Part shown: positions 34,660 to 47,671 of the stretch, one piece after another
Position numbering within the stretch: the stretch's first letter is position 1
How the letters are laid out: each line of letters opens with the position of its first letter
DNA from: Bugula neritina
Lineage: Eukaryota > Animalia > Bryozoa
Length of the DNA: 64,000 nt
Assembly: GCA_964035545.1 (NCBI GenBank)
Contig: OZ037768.1
Location: forward strand, 13,897,675-13,961,674
Direction: 5' to 3'
Translations under genes and position numbers: made by a program
The notes under the pieces: model-generated
Told to the model about the DNA's origin: nothing
The model's database searches: none
The model's input: only the letters and a program-made list of their open reading frames with translations

Positions 34660-35783
34660 TTTGATTCTGAGTTCTCTTACTCTCAGTTTCAACTTTCACT
34701 CTAAATCTAAGTCAAACTTCTAACCTCCGAATGTTCTAAGAGCTACTGCTTGTCCTACAAATACAAAAACTAGTCTTCATTTAACAATCAATATTAAAAA
34801 ATATCATTAGCATTACTATAAATATAAGACTAAATTTAACTTTAACTTCAACCTGTTTTGAAAGTTTTACTTTTAACTTCTAAATAATGATTAGCATTAG
34901 TGAACTAGTTTAAACGTTAATGTATTACTGTTAGTATTACTATGAGTATTAGCAACACTAATAGTAACACTATATAACAATACTAATATAGTGATAGCGA
35001 TAATAATCGTTACTAATAGTGGTAGTGATACTCAGCGATAGTAATATTGTAAGAGTAATACTATACTCATAGTTTAGACTGTATATAATACCATTATTAT
35101 GCTTAGTCGGATGTCTCATACAGCAATGCAGTATAATGAGTATACTAATGCTTATAAATTACTGTTAGCCATACTCAGTCTTAGAGTTTTACTTTTAGTC
35201 TGCTACTGTTACTGTTAAACTTCATGCTTATTATTACTATAAGTATACCTAACTATTACCATAACTATAAGTATAGTAATACCTACTAATAATCTTTGAG
35301 ACTTATTATAGTAATCAAATAATAATATGAAATAAGAATATCAATATAGACGCAGTGTTGCAGTTATGGTCCGATACTAATAGCATTAAGGTTAAGTAAA
35401 CATAACTATATGACTTAAAGTTATATTCATAATGATAATCATATAATAATTTTATAAAGGGATAGTATCACCATTAGTATTACTATTAGTATAACTATAA
35501 GTACAAACTATCCTATGACTATTGTACTATTCTAATAGTAATAGTAACTATAATAAATATAAATAAACATTATAATGAATATAATAGTAAAACTATAACC
35601 ATAAGTATAATTATTGGTCAATGCTGCACTTACTTACTATAACTTAGAATTAGAGTAAAGCTAAAAGTAGATGTAATAATGTATTATTTTAATCATAATG
35701 TAAAAATAAAAATCACCTTCAACTCCAATACTATTGTCTATTAGACTTACTCTAACACTATGTTACTGTTAGTAACTTAGTAT

Positions 35784-36833
35784 GGGTTACTTTCGTTTTG
35801 CACACAAGTCATTTCGTACACTGGTCATTTCATACACTGGTCATTTCGTACACAAACTGCTGTCCATTTCGTACACAAAATGAATAATAAATCAATTTAC
35901 TGGATAACCACTTGAATGATACTAGTTTACTTATTTATTGCATTTAATTCCTCTACTAATAGTCACTATTAGTATAAGTATGAGTGTTACGACTTAAAGT
36001 TTAATCTATATTAATCTTTAATGTTACGATTTTTAATTTTAGTATTAGTATAAGATCAAGTATAAGTATTAAACAACCGTTATGGTTATGATATTAACTG
36101 AGTTTAACCTAAACATTTTGATTTACTAAAAGTTATTTACTCATTACCTTTTAGTTTTGACTAAGAGTAAGTCTAACTGCCAAGTTGTAACAAATGTGTA
36201 TTTTAGTAAATTTATAGTGATGTGTACCATGTACAAAACAACCTATAAGATGTATACGAAACGACCTGAAAAGGTGGGTACGGAACAAGTTGAGTACGAC
36301 ATAGGTGTCATCCCAGATAAACGATTCCCAGTTAGACGATAGGCTAAATTTCCCACTTAGACGATTCTCACTTGGACGATTTCCAGTTAGACGTTATTTA
36401 TTTATATTGGTACAAAATATATTGTATGTGCAATTTATTTGAATATTATTTAAATATATATGTATATTTAAATAAAGCGCATGTATTCAGCACATAAATA
36501 AATCTCTTTGATCTGCATTAACATATTAATTTTACATAGTTTTTGCTTCTTGTTCAAACAGATATTTTGTTAATGAGTATTGATTAATTAAAAATAATGT
36601 TTATTATCAATATATTACTGTTTTTTGTCCTACACAAATCTATGAGAATTAGAATAGTATTCCAGATAATTCATGTTGGCTATTATAGCTACTAATTAGC
36701 ATTTTAGCTATTTAGCAATGAACGCAACAGTTATATAGGTATATTACTATAAAATTATATGGCACCAAAATAATAAGTATCGTCTAACTGGGAATCGTCC
36801 ATCTGGGATGAAACCACGACATGACCTGAACCT
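35784..36833. mobile_element. Non-autonomous TIR element with 8-bp TSD
   Basis: CTTAGTAT flanks both sides (35776-35783, 36834-36841). Subterminal GTCATTTCGTACAC repeats on the left have inverted counterparts on the right. Confidence 0.65.
36304..36815. mobile_element. MITE nested in the previous element
   Basis: 38-bp TIR GGTGTCATCCCAGATAAACGATTCCCAGTTAGACGATA with its inverse at 36778-36815. Flanks ACGACATA/ACGACATG. Confidence 0.85.
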
Positions 36834-37933
36834 CTTAGTATACTATAGTTATGACTATTAATATAATTTGATTTAATATTGTTGATATTCATTTTTAAAG
36901 TTATAGCAATTTTAAATTAAATGCTAAAGAGAAAGTTAAACTCAAACTGGAAGTGGGAAATTTACTATTACTATTAGTAGTTACTATTACTAATAGTAAT
37001 AGTAATAGTAATACTAATAGGTTAGCATTAGTATTACTATTAGTATTATATAACATTAACTGTATAACTATAAGTATAAACATTTTGTGAAAGTAAAATT
37101 GAAAATAAAATTGAAGCTGAAAGTAAAAGTAAAAGTTTTAGTTTTACTTTCATTTGGTTTCTACTTTTAGTAAACTCACCATGAACACAGAACATGATGA
37201 TGATCATCATGATTAGTACTGATGGTCACAAGACTTCTACTTATAGTATTACGATTACTATTAGTTATAGCAATATCGATATGCAACATGAACATGATAA
37301 CGATGATGAACAAGTACAAGTACGATCACAATGACAATGCATTTAATTTTAAATTTATGGGCATACATGTAGTTGTACATCACCCCATAATACAATTACA
37401 TTTGCTATCGTTTATTGGTATTTAATAATATACATGACGATGACAATATGAATAATTATAATATTAATTGATGATGATCATGGTCACTAGTGATCATGAT
37501 CATCATCATGATGATGATCATCATGATGATGATACAAGTTCAAGTTGAATTAGTCAATTACAACTACTACTAGTACTACCATATAACCATTACAAGTTGA
37601 AGTATAATACTGTAAGTACTAAGTACTAGTATAAGTATAAGTGCCTATAAGTATTACTACAATATTTAATAATACTAATACTAATAGGTAGTATAACTAT
37701 AACTTCAAGCCTAATAAGTTAAGTATATAAGTATAACTATTACTAACAAGTAATGCTAATAAGTAAATACCATACTGTGCAAGCACAAATTTGCGAAAAC
37801 TCTGTAAAAGAATATAATTTTCAGAGAGTTGAAAGGAAAGAGATCATTGGTTAGACCGAGCGCTAAGAACTGGCTGCTATATTCATCAAGAATTATAGTA
37901 ATCTTAGCAAATATCGAAATAGGTTATGAATGT

Positions 37934-38260
37934 GGCTAATATTGAAAATGCAACTTCTATTTTATTTAAAAAAAACCACGTGGTCACTCAGAACAACAAA
38001 CTCGATGTACATACTTGCATTATGCGTGTCGGTGTTCACTGTGATTTTCTATCAACGGAATAATTATATTTATTGTAATAAACATTGCGTTGTTGAAAAT
38101 AATTTACTCTTCCTGCACCAATAATTATTATAGAAAACTTTAGCGATGTAAATCAAATTTAAGATTTGAGTTTTTGATTAATGGTTACGTAAAAGTAAAA
38201 GTAAAGACAGCTCTAACTGTAGTACTCTAGTAGATCTATTACTATTAGTATTATATTACT
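37934..38260. repeat. Dispersed ~300-bp repeat, second copy at ~62031-62340
   Basis: GGCTAATATTGAAAATGCAACTTCTA...GACAGCTCTAACT is shared, and both copies run into (TATTAG)n. Confidence 0.85.
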
Positions 38261-39999
38261 ATTAGTATTAGTATTAGTATTAGTATTAGTATTACATTTA
38301 CTATTAGTATTATAATTAATAATTATGATTATAATGTTAATAATTAGTTGAAGTTGAACTATTACTATTAGTATTACAATTACTATTACTATTAGTATTA
38401 GCATTACTTTTAGATTTAGTATTACTATTAGTATTACTATTACTATTAGTATTACTATTAGTATTACTATTAGTGTGACTGTAGCTGTAATTCATTAGTG
38501 TATAACTAATATTTATATTCATATTGTGAGTTTAACATTATCATTATGATCAACTATTACTACTACTAGTATTATTACTAGTATTAAAATTATTAGCATT
38601 ACTATTAGTATTAGTCTTAGCTATGAGTATTACTATTAGTATTACTATTACTATTACTATTAGTAAAATAGCAGTTGTAGTATTACTATTGGTATTAGTG
38701 TTACTATTAGTATTAGTGTAAGTATAACTAGGCTACTAATTTAAAATAGAAAAAATAGAATAAGTCTATAGCTTAAGTATAACTATAGTTTCAGTTTGTA
38801 ACTTATAGTTATTAGTATAACCTTCACTGGTTACTCATTAGTAGCTATTAACTATTATACATAATTTTGAATGAAATAACATTTAGCAGTTTAAGAATAC
38901 AATAGCAATAGGCATAGCCGTCACAAATATAATTTGAGCATGCTCAGACTACCTTTGCCAGTTTGTCTTGATGAATGAGAAAAAAGCTATTTACATGAAG
39001 GTAAGCAGTCCAGGTCCAACAGTTCAGTTATCCAGTGAGATTTACCAAGCTTCATCAAATCACAAAAAGCTGAGTGAAAGATATCCAATCAACAAGATTA
39101 CAATGTTTTTTTTCGAGGGGAAGGCAATTTCTACAGATTGCCTTTTTTATATTGTTCTATGTTTTGCTGGTAGGTTGTATTGGGGTTTTGGTGGGGGCCT
39201 TTTCTCTTTGGTCCAGCAGAGGTGGCCCTCACATTTGATGAGTTAAATTTAATAGCCTATTTTAATAACTTGGTACTTAGACACAATTTCAAAGCTATAT
39301 ATAGAATTTGATTAATTAAAGTTGGTGGAAAGATACAATATAGGTGATACAGACAAACAACCCTTTGCTGAGGAAGCCATCAGTGCCGAGTCCAATATGA
39401 ACGATAGGACAGGTGCCAGCATGTCGGAACAAAGAACTAAGAGAGAAAGGAAGCTTCAAAAGCAAAAGAAAATAAAGTTACTGTGTGTTGAGTGGTGTCT
39501 GGCATTTGAGAGTTTTATCGATTCTGAGAAAGGTACACCTATAAAAAATCTACATTGCGGAGAGGCAAAAGAAGCAATTAGTGGATATTTTCGGTTGCGA
39601 ACAGGAAGCATTTAACACTCTTTATGAAGAATTCGGTAGAAACCAGTAAGTAGAAGGCTCATTTCAAGACAAACTCAAAAATATCAAAAAATAGCTAATG
39701 GAGACCAAGTTGCACTAAAACAGTATCTATGCTTTTAAGACAATGCCTAGCAGCACAAGAAGTAATCCCTGGCTTCAAGGTGTTGGAGGATAAAAGAGAA
39801 AATAAAGAAATCATCATCTTTCAGAATGGGTAGTAAACACATGGACAGACTATGTGACAAGTAAAATAGTGAAACAATAGGGTTTCCTAGTTTCTCACAA
39901 TATGCAAGACCTATATCAAATCAATCCAAAATCTCAGAAAACAACCTGCGCAGTTTTGATAAACATAAAATATATCAAATGCATCTGAATCATGCAACA

Positions 40000-40480
40000 A
40001 AGCTCTCATTGGCACAAAATTTCAAGTTTACAATCCTCAGGCAACCAGCAAGTAGCTCTCTGCCTGAGCAAAGCACTTTGGCTAAGTTGAACTCATTCCT
40101 GGCAGATGCCAGATAGATGCGTGTTGGTGTAAGAACCAATGAGTCGACACAGAAATGGTGGTCATGGTTGAATTTCATATTTTGCATGTAGCTGTGCTCT
40201 TTTTTTGCAGCAAAGTCTGAATCAGGTGTTGTTGGAGCTAGTGTAGATGGTAAAGTTGGTACTGTTGTTCAGAGGCGTCTTCCCATCAGTAGCTCAGCTG
40301 ATGAGTGTTCATTTCTTATGGGCGTCCTACGATATGACAATGCTTTGTAGGGGTCATCGCGCTTGTCCAGTAACATCTTTATAGTGCATACAATGCATTC
40401 ACCCTCACCTAGTAGAAGGCTCATAGAGACTATGCTGAACTAGTCGCGTATGGGAACTGGTAATCCTTTGAAACTTGTTG
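40000..40480 (-). pseudogene. Old gypsy integrase remnant
   Basis: Manual translation: TIKMLLDKRDDPYKALSYRRTPIRNEHSSAELLMGRRL*TTVP, typical of a Mag-clade integrase C-terminus. Confidence 0.7.
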
Positions 40481-40988
40481 AAAATTTTGTGCTGCACGCT
40501 GAGGTTTATGAGGAAGTTAGACACAACGCTGTGTGATGTGTACAATACCCTTATTTTCACACAAGCTGCTATTCAAGTGTTGTATTACAGCATTTTTTCT
40601 ATACAAGTTTTCAAAGAAAAAGCTATGAAAAGCAGAATGCATCATAAGTAAAAAAAATTGAAACACAATCTAGAGGTCAAGTCTTACAATAAAGGAGGAA
40701 GGGGGTTCATTCTGCACAGTGCTGGGGTTGTACCACATATTCGTTACTACTCAAATCAAGAGGTTTAGTTGTAATCACCTACTACTACTTTTGCTACTGC
40801 TACCACTACTGCCGCTGCTGCTGCTGCTCATACCACTATACTAACTAATACTATCACTGTTATTTTATTTGAAGGAGATTATTTGCAAATTGAATTGAAT
40901 TCAATTGGCACTTTTATTTATTTTGTAGGAAATCAAGCTGTTAAATGAGTCTACAGTTAACAGAATTAGTTAAGTCAATAACTGAATC

Positions 40989-43900
40989 ATGATCTTTTAC
41001 AACTTTATTGTTCGTCCATTTATCTATTTACTCAACAATGGATTTCGGCTATATTACACTCATGTCCGGAGAGTTAACCCTCGTTATATTTTGAAGTTAC
41101 TGAGTATTCCTGCAATATTCATATTCACCTTTCTAATATACAAACAATTTCCATCTCATTCACCAAAGTGGTAAGTGAGAAAATATTTAAACTTATTCGC
41201 TTTATTTGTACATTTTCTACTTATTGTATACAAGTAGATGGAGACAAAAATTTTTGCATTGAGTTTTGTTTTTCTACATGACATAAACTATCTGTGGTAA
41301 TTATCTTTTTTGTTAACATAGTTACATGTATATATAATATTTGTTTTTATTGTTTGAGCTTTGTTGTGTGTACAATAACATTAATTACAATATTTATAAA
41401 TTTTCAGGTATAAGCACATCAAAATGTCTTTGAAGGCTTATGATATGAATGTTGCAGTTGTCGAAGAACACCATGAAGGTTGGTTTATGTGATGTTAGTT
41501 TATCTTACCAGGTTTTGAGTTACTGGTTTTCATGTGGTGTGTGTTACTGGGGGCATTAGGTGATCATGTTTTGTATATTTGTTTTGAATAATACCATATG
41601 AGCGACTGCTCCTCTATACATACCTTAGCTGGTGCAGTGGTTGTATTTTGACGGGCATTGTAAAATCATTATTCGCTGTTTTTGTCTCACTTATGATAGC
41701 ATATTATTAGAAAATTCAAATTTGAAGAAGAGTGGACGGATTTTTCTTGTTTCCTATATCATGGCACGCTGTAAGTTTTCATTGCATCTCTTTGCTTCTA
41801 GTGCTCCAGTACTGGTTTACTGCAGCTCACAAGAACTTGCTTCCAGCCACTGGTAATGTGTTGGTATGTTTTATATTTTGAACTTCAAGCCAATTTGACA
41901 CTGCCTTTGTACACTTTCAATATTAAACAGTTAAAGCTGAGCAGGGGAGAGGCTGCATGCTGTTGGTTAAATGTTTCTATCAAAAATTGTGCTTTCTATG
42001 GCTTAGTTGTGTTCTGTGTATTATAGCCTTTGTTTGAATCAGCTCCATTTAGTATAGAAATAACAAGTATCAGGAATTCTAGATTCACATTGATGGCCAT
42101 GCTGACTCGGGGATTCCTGCATATGAGCCTGGCGTCTCTCTGTTTAAAACACCTGAAAATGCAGAGCATATACAGATGTTAATGCAGCGTAATGATGTAT
42201 TTATCATGGTAAGCAATCTATAGAATAGTTACGAAGTATCTCATTCAGTCTATTGTGTGGGAAAAATTAGAAAATGATGTGTGTTCTTATTATCTAGTGA
42301 GCTTTGTTAAGCTATTTGAGTTCAACTATTTATTGCACAATAAGTTATATTATTGAATGTAAAAATGTTTTGTGAACACTTGTAAAGTAAGAATTTCTTT
42401 ATCATCAAATGATCTTTTCGGGGGAAGGAGGAGGAAGAGGAGCAACCATGGTCTAGGGGTTGGTAGTGACTATAAACTTGCGTGAATTTTTATCAAGTGA
42501 TCGTTTCATTCTATATTTGCAGGCAGCTGCATATAAAGATTTTATAACAAGGTTTGTTTGGGTTTACCCAGACTGGACAGATGTGTCAGGTTTTACAGAA
42601 GACGAACTAAATGGTGCAGAATTCAAATTGGAAATAGGGTTTTATGATTTGTATTACAAAGATAAGCTTTATACAGGCACCTGTGGATGCTTTGTAAGTA
42701 TCATTTGCAACATAATGTGGCAACTTTTTCAACCTTAGTTTTTGTTATATAAAAAAATTGAATAAAACTCATAAATTTTTATAGTAAAGTCTATTGAATA
42801 TAATTTAATCTCTTTTTCTATCATTGTTTTTGTAGCAAATTGTATCTTTTTCAGTTTTTAGACAAATTTCCGTGAAAAAATATATTATAATTTAGTTTCA
42901 ATGTTGAGAAATTCCTACTTACGAAGTTATATTGTTTGCCTTCACTTATACAATCAAATAGCAATTAAAAAATAAGGGTTTTTAGTTTCTAGCTTTGGTA
43001 ATCATGTATTATTTTTTTCCTTACTACAATGTAATGAGTAATATGTATGCTATCAACTATCAAATCTGCTATTCTAATTTTTCAATAACCATATTTAAAT
43101 TGTTTTGAAACTTAATAAATTGTAAATCGTAATCACTATTATGAATAGTTATCACTTGAAAAATTCTATTTGTTGACAGCTCTAATGGAAACCACATCTT
43201 GTTACTGCTAGCACTACTATCAACTTTTTTGACCTTTGTCTCTTTGTTCATCATTTAAGCTTGCAAGATCGTATAACTACAAATATTTATACTTTTAGGT
43301 AGTTTATCAAAACACTGCTGAATGTGATTTTATTGATGAAAATGGTTCTCTCATCACAAATTTCACTGAAGGATGTAAAACGTATCGAACTGTGAGTCGT
43401 GATTAATTTTAATGATGTGTGGGGTATAAAAAGTATGATCTGTCAGTATATGTAGCTCCTAATTTATATTCGTGTATAGCTTATGCTATAAATATGTAAA
43501 TGTAACATAACGTGTGCCTTCAGCTTAGTATATGGCTAGACTGTCAACTCATGTCTCACTTTGCATAGCAGTGCTGGGCCACAGAATATTTTTGGTCCCA
43601 CCCATTATACTATGTATTTGATTGATAACTTTCCTTTCTGTTGGGTGTTTACAGCTACCTATGCATATGATTCAATCATCACAAGCACCTGTCGTTTTGC
43701 CAAGTATTTTGGCAAAGACAAAGGATGCTCCAATTATTCTTGATATAGATGAAGATTATTTTGGAGTTATGAAAGGCAGTGATCTGTTGGAAGGCATTAA
43801 TTTTGAACTAATTGAAAAGTTCAATGAACTATTAGCTGATGTCTTTACTATTAAAAATATTGAGGGTTAGTTGATTACTGATTTTAAATGTTATCAAACT

Positions 43901-45377
43901 TGTTATGATTAAATGAAAAGTTAAGTTCCTGGTTTTATGAGTAACACTGCATGTCAATATTGTCATATAATGCTGTTGTTATACTGCATGTACGTTGTAT
44001 GTGTACTGTATGTATACTGTGTGTCTGATGTATGTATACTGTGTGTAGGGTGTATGTATACTGAGTGTATGATGTATGTATACTGTGTGTCTAATGTATG
44101 TATACTGTGTGTATGATGTGCGTATACTGTGTGTATGATGTATGTATACTGTGTGTCTGATGTATGTACTGTGTGTATGGTGTATACACTGTGTGTATGA
44201 TGTATATACTGTGCGTATGATTTATCTTTTCACAATGTAATTTCTATCACAAATTGATGCGATTTGATGGTTATATATGCAATGGTTTGTTTTCAGATGA
44301 AGTTAATGCGCATAAACTTCTGCTCAATATCCTTCATTTGGTTAAAGTGACTTGCACCTCTACTCTATCCAACATGAGAGAGTGTAGCCGGGAGCATTTC
44401 AGACATATTCAACGGTTTTTAAGAGAATCTGGGCTGCAACACACACTCATTGGCAAAAGGTGATTCTTGGATCTACTGGTCTCATTTACGTTGTCTACAC
44501 ACTGCTTTAAAATACTGCATCCTAATGTACATGTTTAAGGTTTAGTGGCAAAAAATTACCTAATTTGTAATTATGTATATACTTCTTGAGATCTTAACTT
44601 TGAAATGAATATTTTCTAATCACAGTACAGGAGTCATTGTTGTGTTGTAGAAGCCTGCGCAGTGATGAACTCTTAAGCATTGTATCATATATTTCAAAGA
44701 ATTTCAATGCTCAGCAAATTGATCAAATCTCCCAAGTTGGATTCTGTCTGGTTATCAGTCCTCAAACTCGAAAACTAAATATTCCGAGAAATCTTCAAAT
44801 ACGACCGTGAGTTTGCCATTGTGCCACACTAGTATGAAGATGTCTATTAATTATAATGGCAGTAGAGTTTTTTAAAATGTGATCTCTCATGAGTTGCAAT
44901 CAATTAACAGTTTCTGTAATATCTCAATGTTTTTCATTTTCATACATTTTACTAAGATTATTGTACTATTTTAAGTCTTTCTAACCATCCTACTACATAC
45001 TTTATCATGTTATGTGATTTGCGAAATGCATATTATTACGTATTGCACGTTTTTATACTTTTTACGTTAGGTACGAGACCATTTCTGTATGCCATGGAAT
45101 AAACACACCGTTTTCTGAAAATCAAATCTATATTCCATCAGAAGAGGAACTGGATGCCAACATAAATGTTTATGAATCAATTTTAAAGCAAGTACCAAAT
45201 GACAAAGTAAAGCTGATAACAGTTGTTCGTTCTAATAGGGATGGTTTTACACCCCGTAGTCTGCAACCAGAAATTGAAGAGCATGTATTAAGATCTCTCA
45301 ATAATAAGTTTGGTAGAACAAATGTAATATATGACCCTAATCTGATGTTGCATATCGGACAGGGGATAACATTATGA
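40989..45377 (+). CDS. UPF0489 family (C5orf22-like) protein, multi-exon host gene
   Basis: Exons ~40989-41170, 41408-41478 (VAVVEEHHE), ~41802-41863 (VLQYWF), ~42083-42208 (IHIDGHAD), ~42523-42693, ~43299-43391, ~43654-43865 (ILDIDEDYFG), ~44297-44459, ~44651-44805 and ~45071-45377 (VVRSNRDGFTP). These are the EEHHE, HxDxHxD, LDIDxDYF and RSxxDGxxP family motifs. Confidence 0.85.
43990..44222. repeat. ~22-bp minisatellite (TGTATGTATACTGTGTGTATGA)
   Basis: Degenerate tandem units within an intron. Confidence 0.85.
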
Positions 45378-47289
45378 CACTTTTGCATTTCATTTACAAT
45401 TTGGCATTTCAATCTCTAACTATTATAGATGCAGTCTCAAACCATTTTTTGTCTAACAAAAGTTACTGCAATTATACAGCTTTTTAATCCGCTTTATAAA
45501 GACAATCTTATAAAGGCAAGCAGATATTAATTTTGTTTTCCAATTATTTTTATAATTCTTTTCTTTTCAGTTAAGTCTTATTTATTTATAACTTAAAAAT
45601 AAATTTATATAAATTTTTAAAATACTATTTTGTAAATAAAGCAGATAACTCGCAGTGTTCAATAATTTAATAAAAGGACAACTAAACAAAATTCATGAAG
45701 AAAACTGTCAACAGTAAAGTAACACTGGCCCTGATTTGATTGGCAATACATATGCCCCAGCCAATAGTAGGCACCTTATTGTGCTGGTACAAATGGTGTA
45801 ATGATTTTGTGCAGCAGCATATTGCCTATCAAGAAATTTTAAATTGAAGCAAAGCTTTCATTGGAAATACAAAACTACAGCTACACTTCAAACTATGGTA
45901 AGCAATAATGCTAACGATATGCATTAAGTCTTTAAAATTTGATTTATTGGTTAAGCTTTAAAAAAATAAAAGCAGTGTTTAAGAAAAATTGAAAAGTGAT
46001 TAAGTAAAGTGAGTTCCTTATAAAAGCTAATTTTTTTGCACATCAAATTAAGCATGACAACGGCACATGAACAGGAGTGGTTGCAACTATTATTCATTAT
46101 AGAATAAAATTCATCTAATATAAAATATTGAAAAAAGTTTAAATTTACAGCTTCACAAAGTTTAAGAAACGGAATGGAAAAATAGAAGTGAGATAATTTT
46201 CTAAAACCAACAGAATGATCTACACATCTCAGAATTCAAGTATATAATGAAATGCTCAGTAAAAACGAACAGGGTGGTATTAAGGTTTGGCTGATAGATT
46301 TACAAACTTAATTATGAGATCAGTTAAAACAACCTACAGTTGTACTAACACTTGAGATAAATTTAGTGCGGTCTAGATTCACTCCATTTACTTTAACATC
46401 ACCAATGCAACCATTAATGCCAGTCTTCAGTATATATGATGGCAAATTGATGTAACTTACAAAACTAAAATTGTGTCAAAAAGAAGACAAATCGTAATTG
46501 ATAAACCAAAGTAATGTATGTATATACATAAGCATACATATATAGACAAGCACATATAATATAAATATTTGCAAACTTGATAGCATTTGCTGCCAGGCGT
46601 CTGTGATTTGAATATCAATATCAATACACCCATAGAACAATTCATCAACAATCTGCGAATAAAAACAGCTGAATATAATAATCTAACAATTGTGTATTCT
46701 TTTCTTTGATATAAATTAAATAGAAAAATATGGGTCTGTAAACACACAGTTTTTCAAGCACTAAGAAAACCATATTGAATTATAGCTTACTTCTTCTGGA
46801 ATGCTTTTCTTCAAGTCATTTCTCACTCATCCTACATAAAGTTCTGTTGCTATATTCAAGTTCGACACATTTTTCAGTACTTTCTGGTTGTTTGAATAGT
46901 CTTGTCTATCATACACAACCTTCAATAGTCAACCAGCTAAATAGTAGAGAAACTTAATATAAGATAAATGTAATTTCATACAATTGAGTTAATATTTTAC
47001 ATCTTATCATCAAACAATTGACTTGCCAGAGCCATAAAGTTGTGATACCGAAGCAATGTAATTGACCACCATAAGCCATCAGCATATGCATAGTTGGTTT
47101 TGATAATATCTGAAAGCATGGTATCTGTTTGCACAACAAGATTTAGATGACCATCAAGCATGAACAGGGAGAGCCATCGTGAAGGAGAAGTTGCATCATT
47201 CGCTGCATATAACAACAATCCACTTGATGCCAAGGCACGAAATCTTAGTCATCACCACACTAAAATCAATACAAAATGGGTTTACTATA

Positions 47290-47505
47290 TAGTATATACT
47301 GTATGTAGTATGTGTATACCGTATGTAGTACGTGTATAATGTATGTAGTACGTGTATAATGTATGTAGTATGTGTATAATGTATGTAGTACGTGTATAAT
47401 GTATGTAGTATTTGTATACTGTATGTAAGATGTGTATACTGGATGTAGTAAGTGTATACTGTATTTAGTGTATACTGTATGTAGTAAGTGCATACTGTAT
47501 GTAAC
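47290..47505. repeat. 20-bp minisatellite (TGTATGTAGTACGTGTATAA)
   Basis: Tandem degenerate units. Confidence 0.85.
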
Positions 47506-47671
47506 GAAATCTCTGAGTACCATGTTTTAACAACTAAACACGACCAAAATTATACCTGAATGTAAATCTGCTGACAACATTTTCCAATTTGAAAGAAGCA
47601 TAGCTAATATCTTCATCACCAAATCGTCTTCCGTAGCTTTAGTGCCCAATAACTTCATCTGGTAGACAAGT

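Larger units (their letters stand above)
34900..38800. repeat. Low-complexity (TAGTAT/TACTAT/GAT) microsatellite-rich region between divergent genes
   Basis: Degenerate hexamer and trimer repeats throughout, with no credible ORF. Confidence 0.75.

Noticed and set aside
36901-38522. Short hydrophobic or Asn-rich ORFs
   Set aside because: Translations of TAGTAT-type microsatellites.
39322-39615. Possible Crypton/tyrosine-recombinase remnant
   Set aside because: Only a vague resemblance, with no catalytic motifs recognisable.
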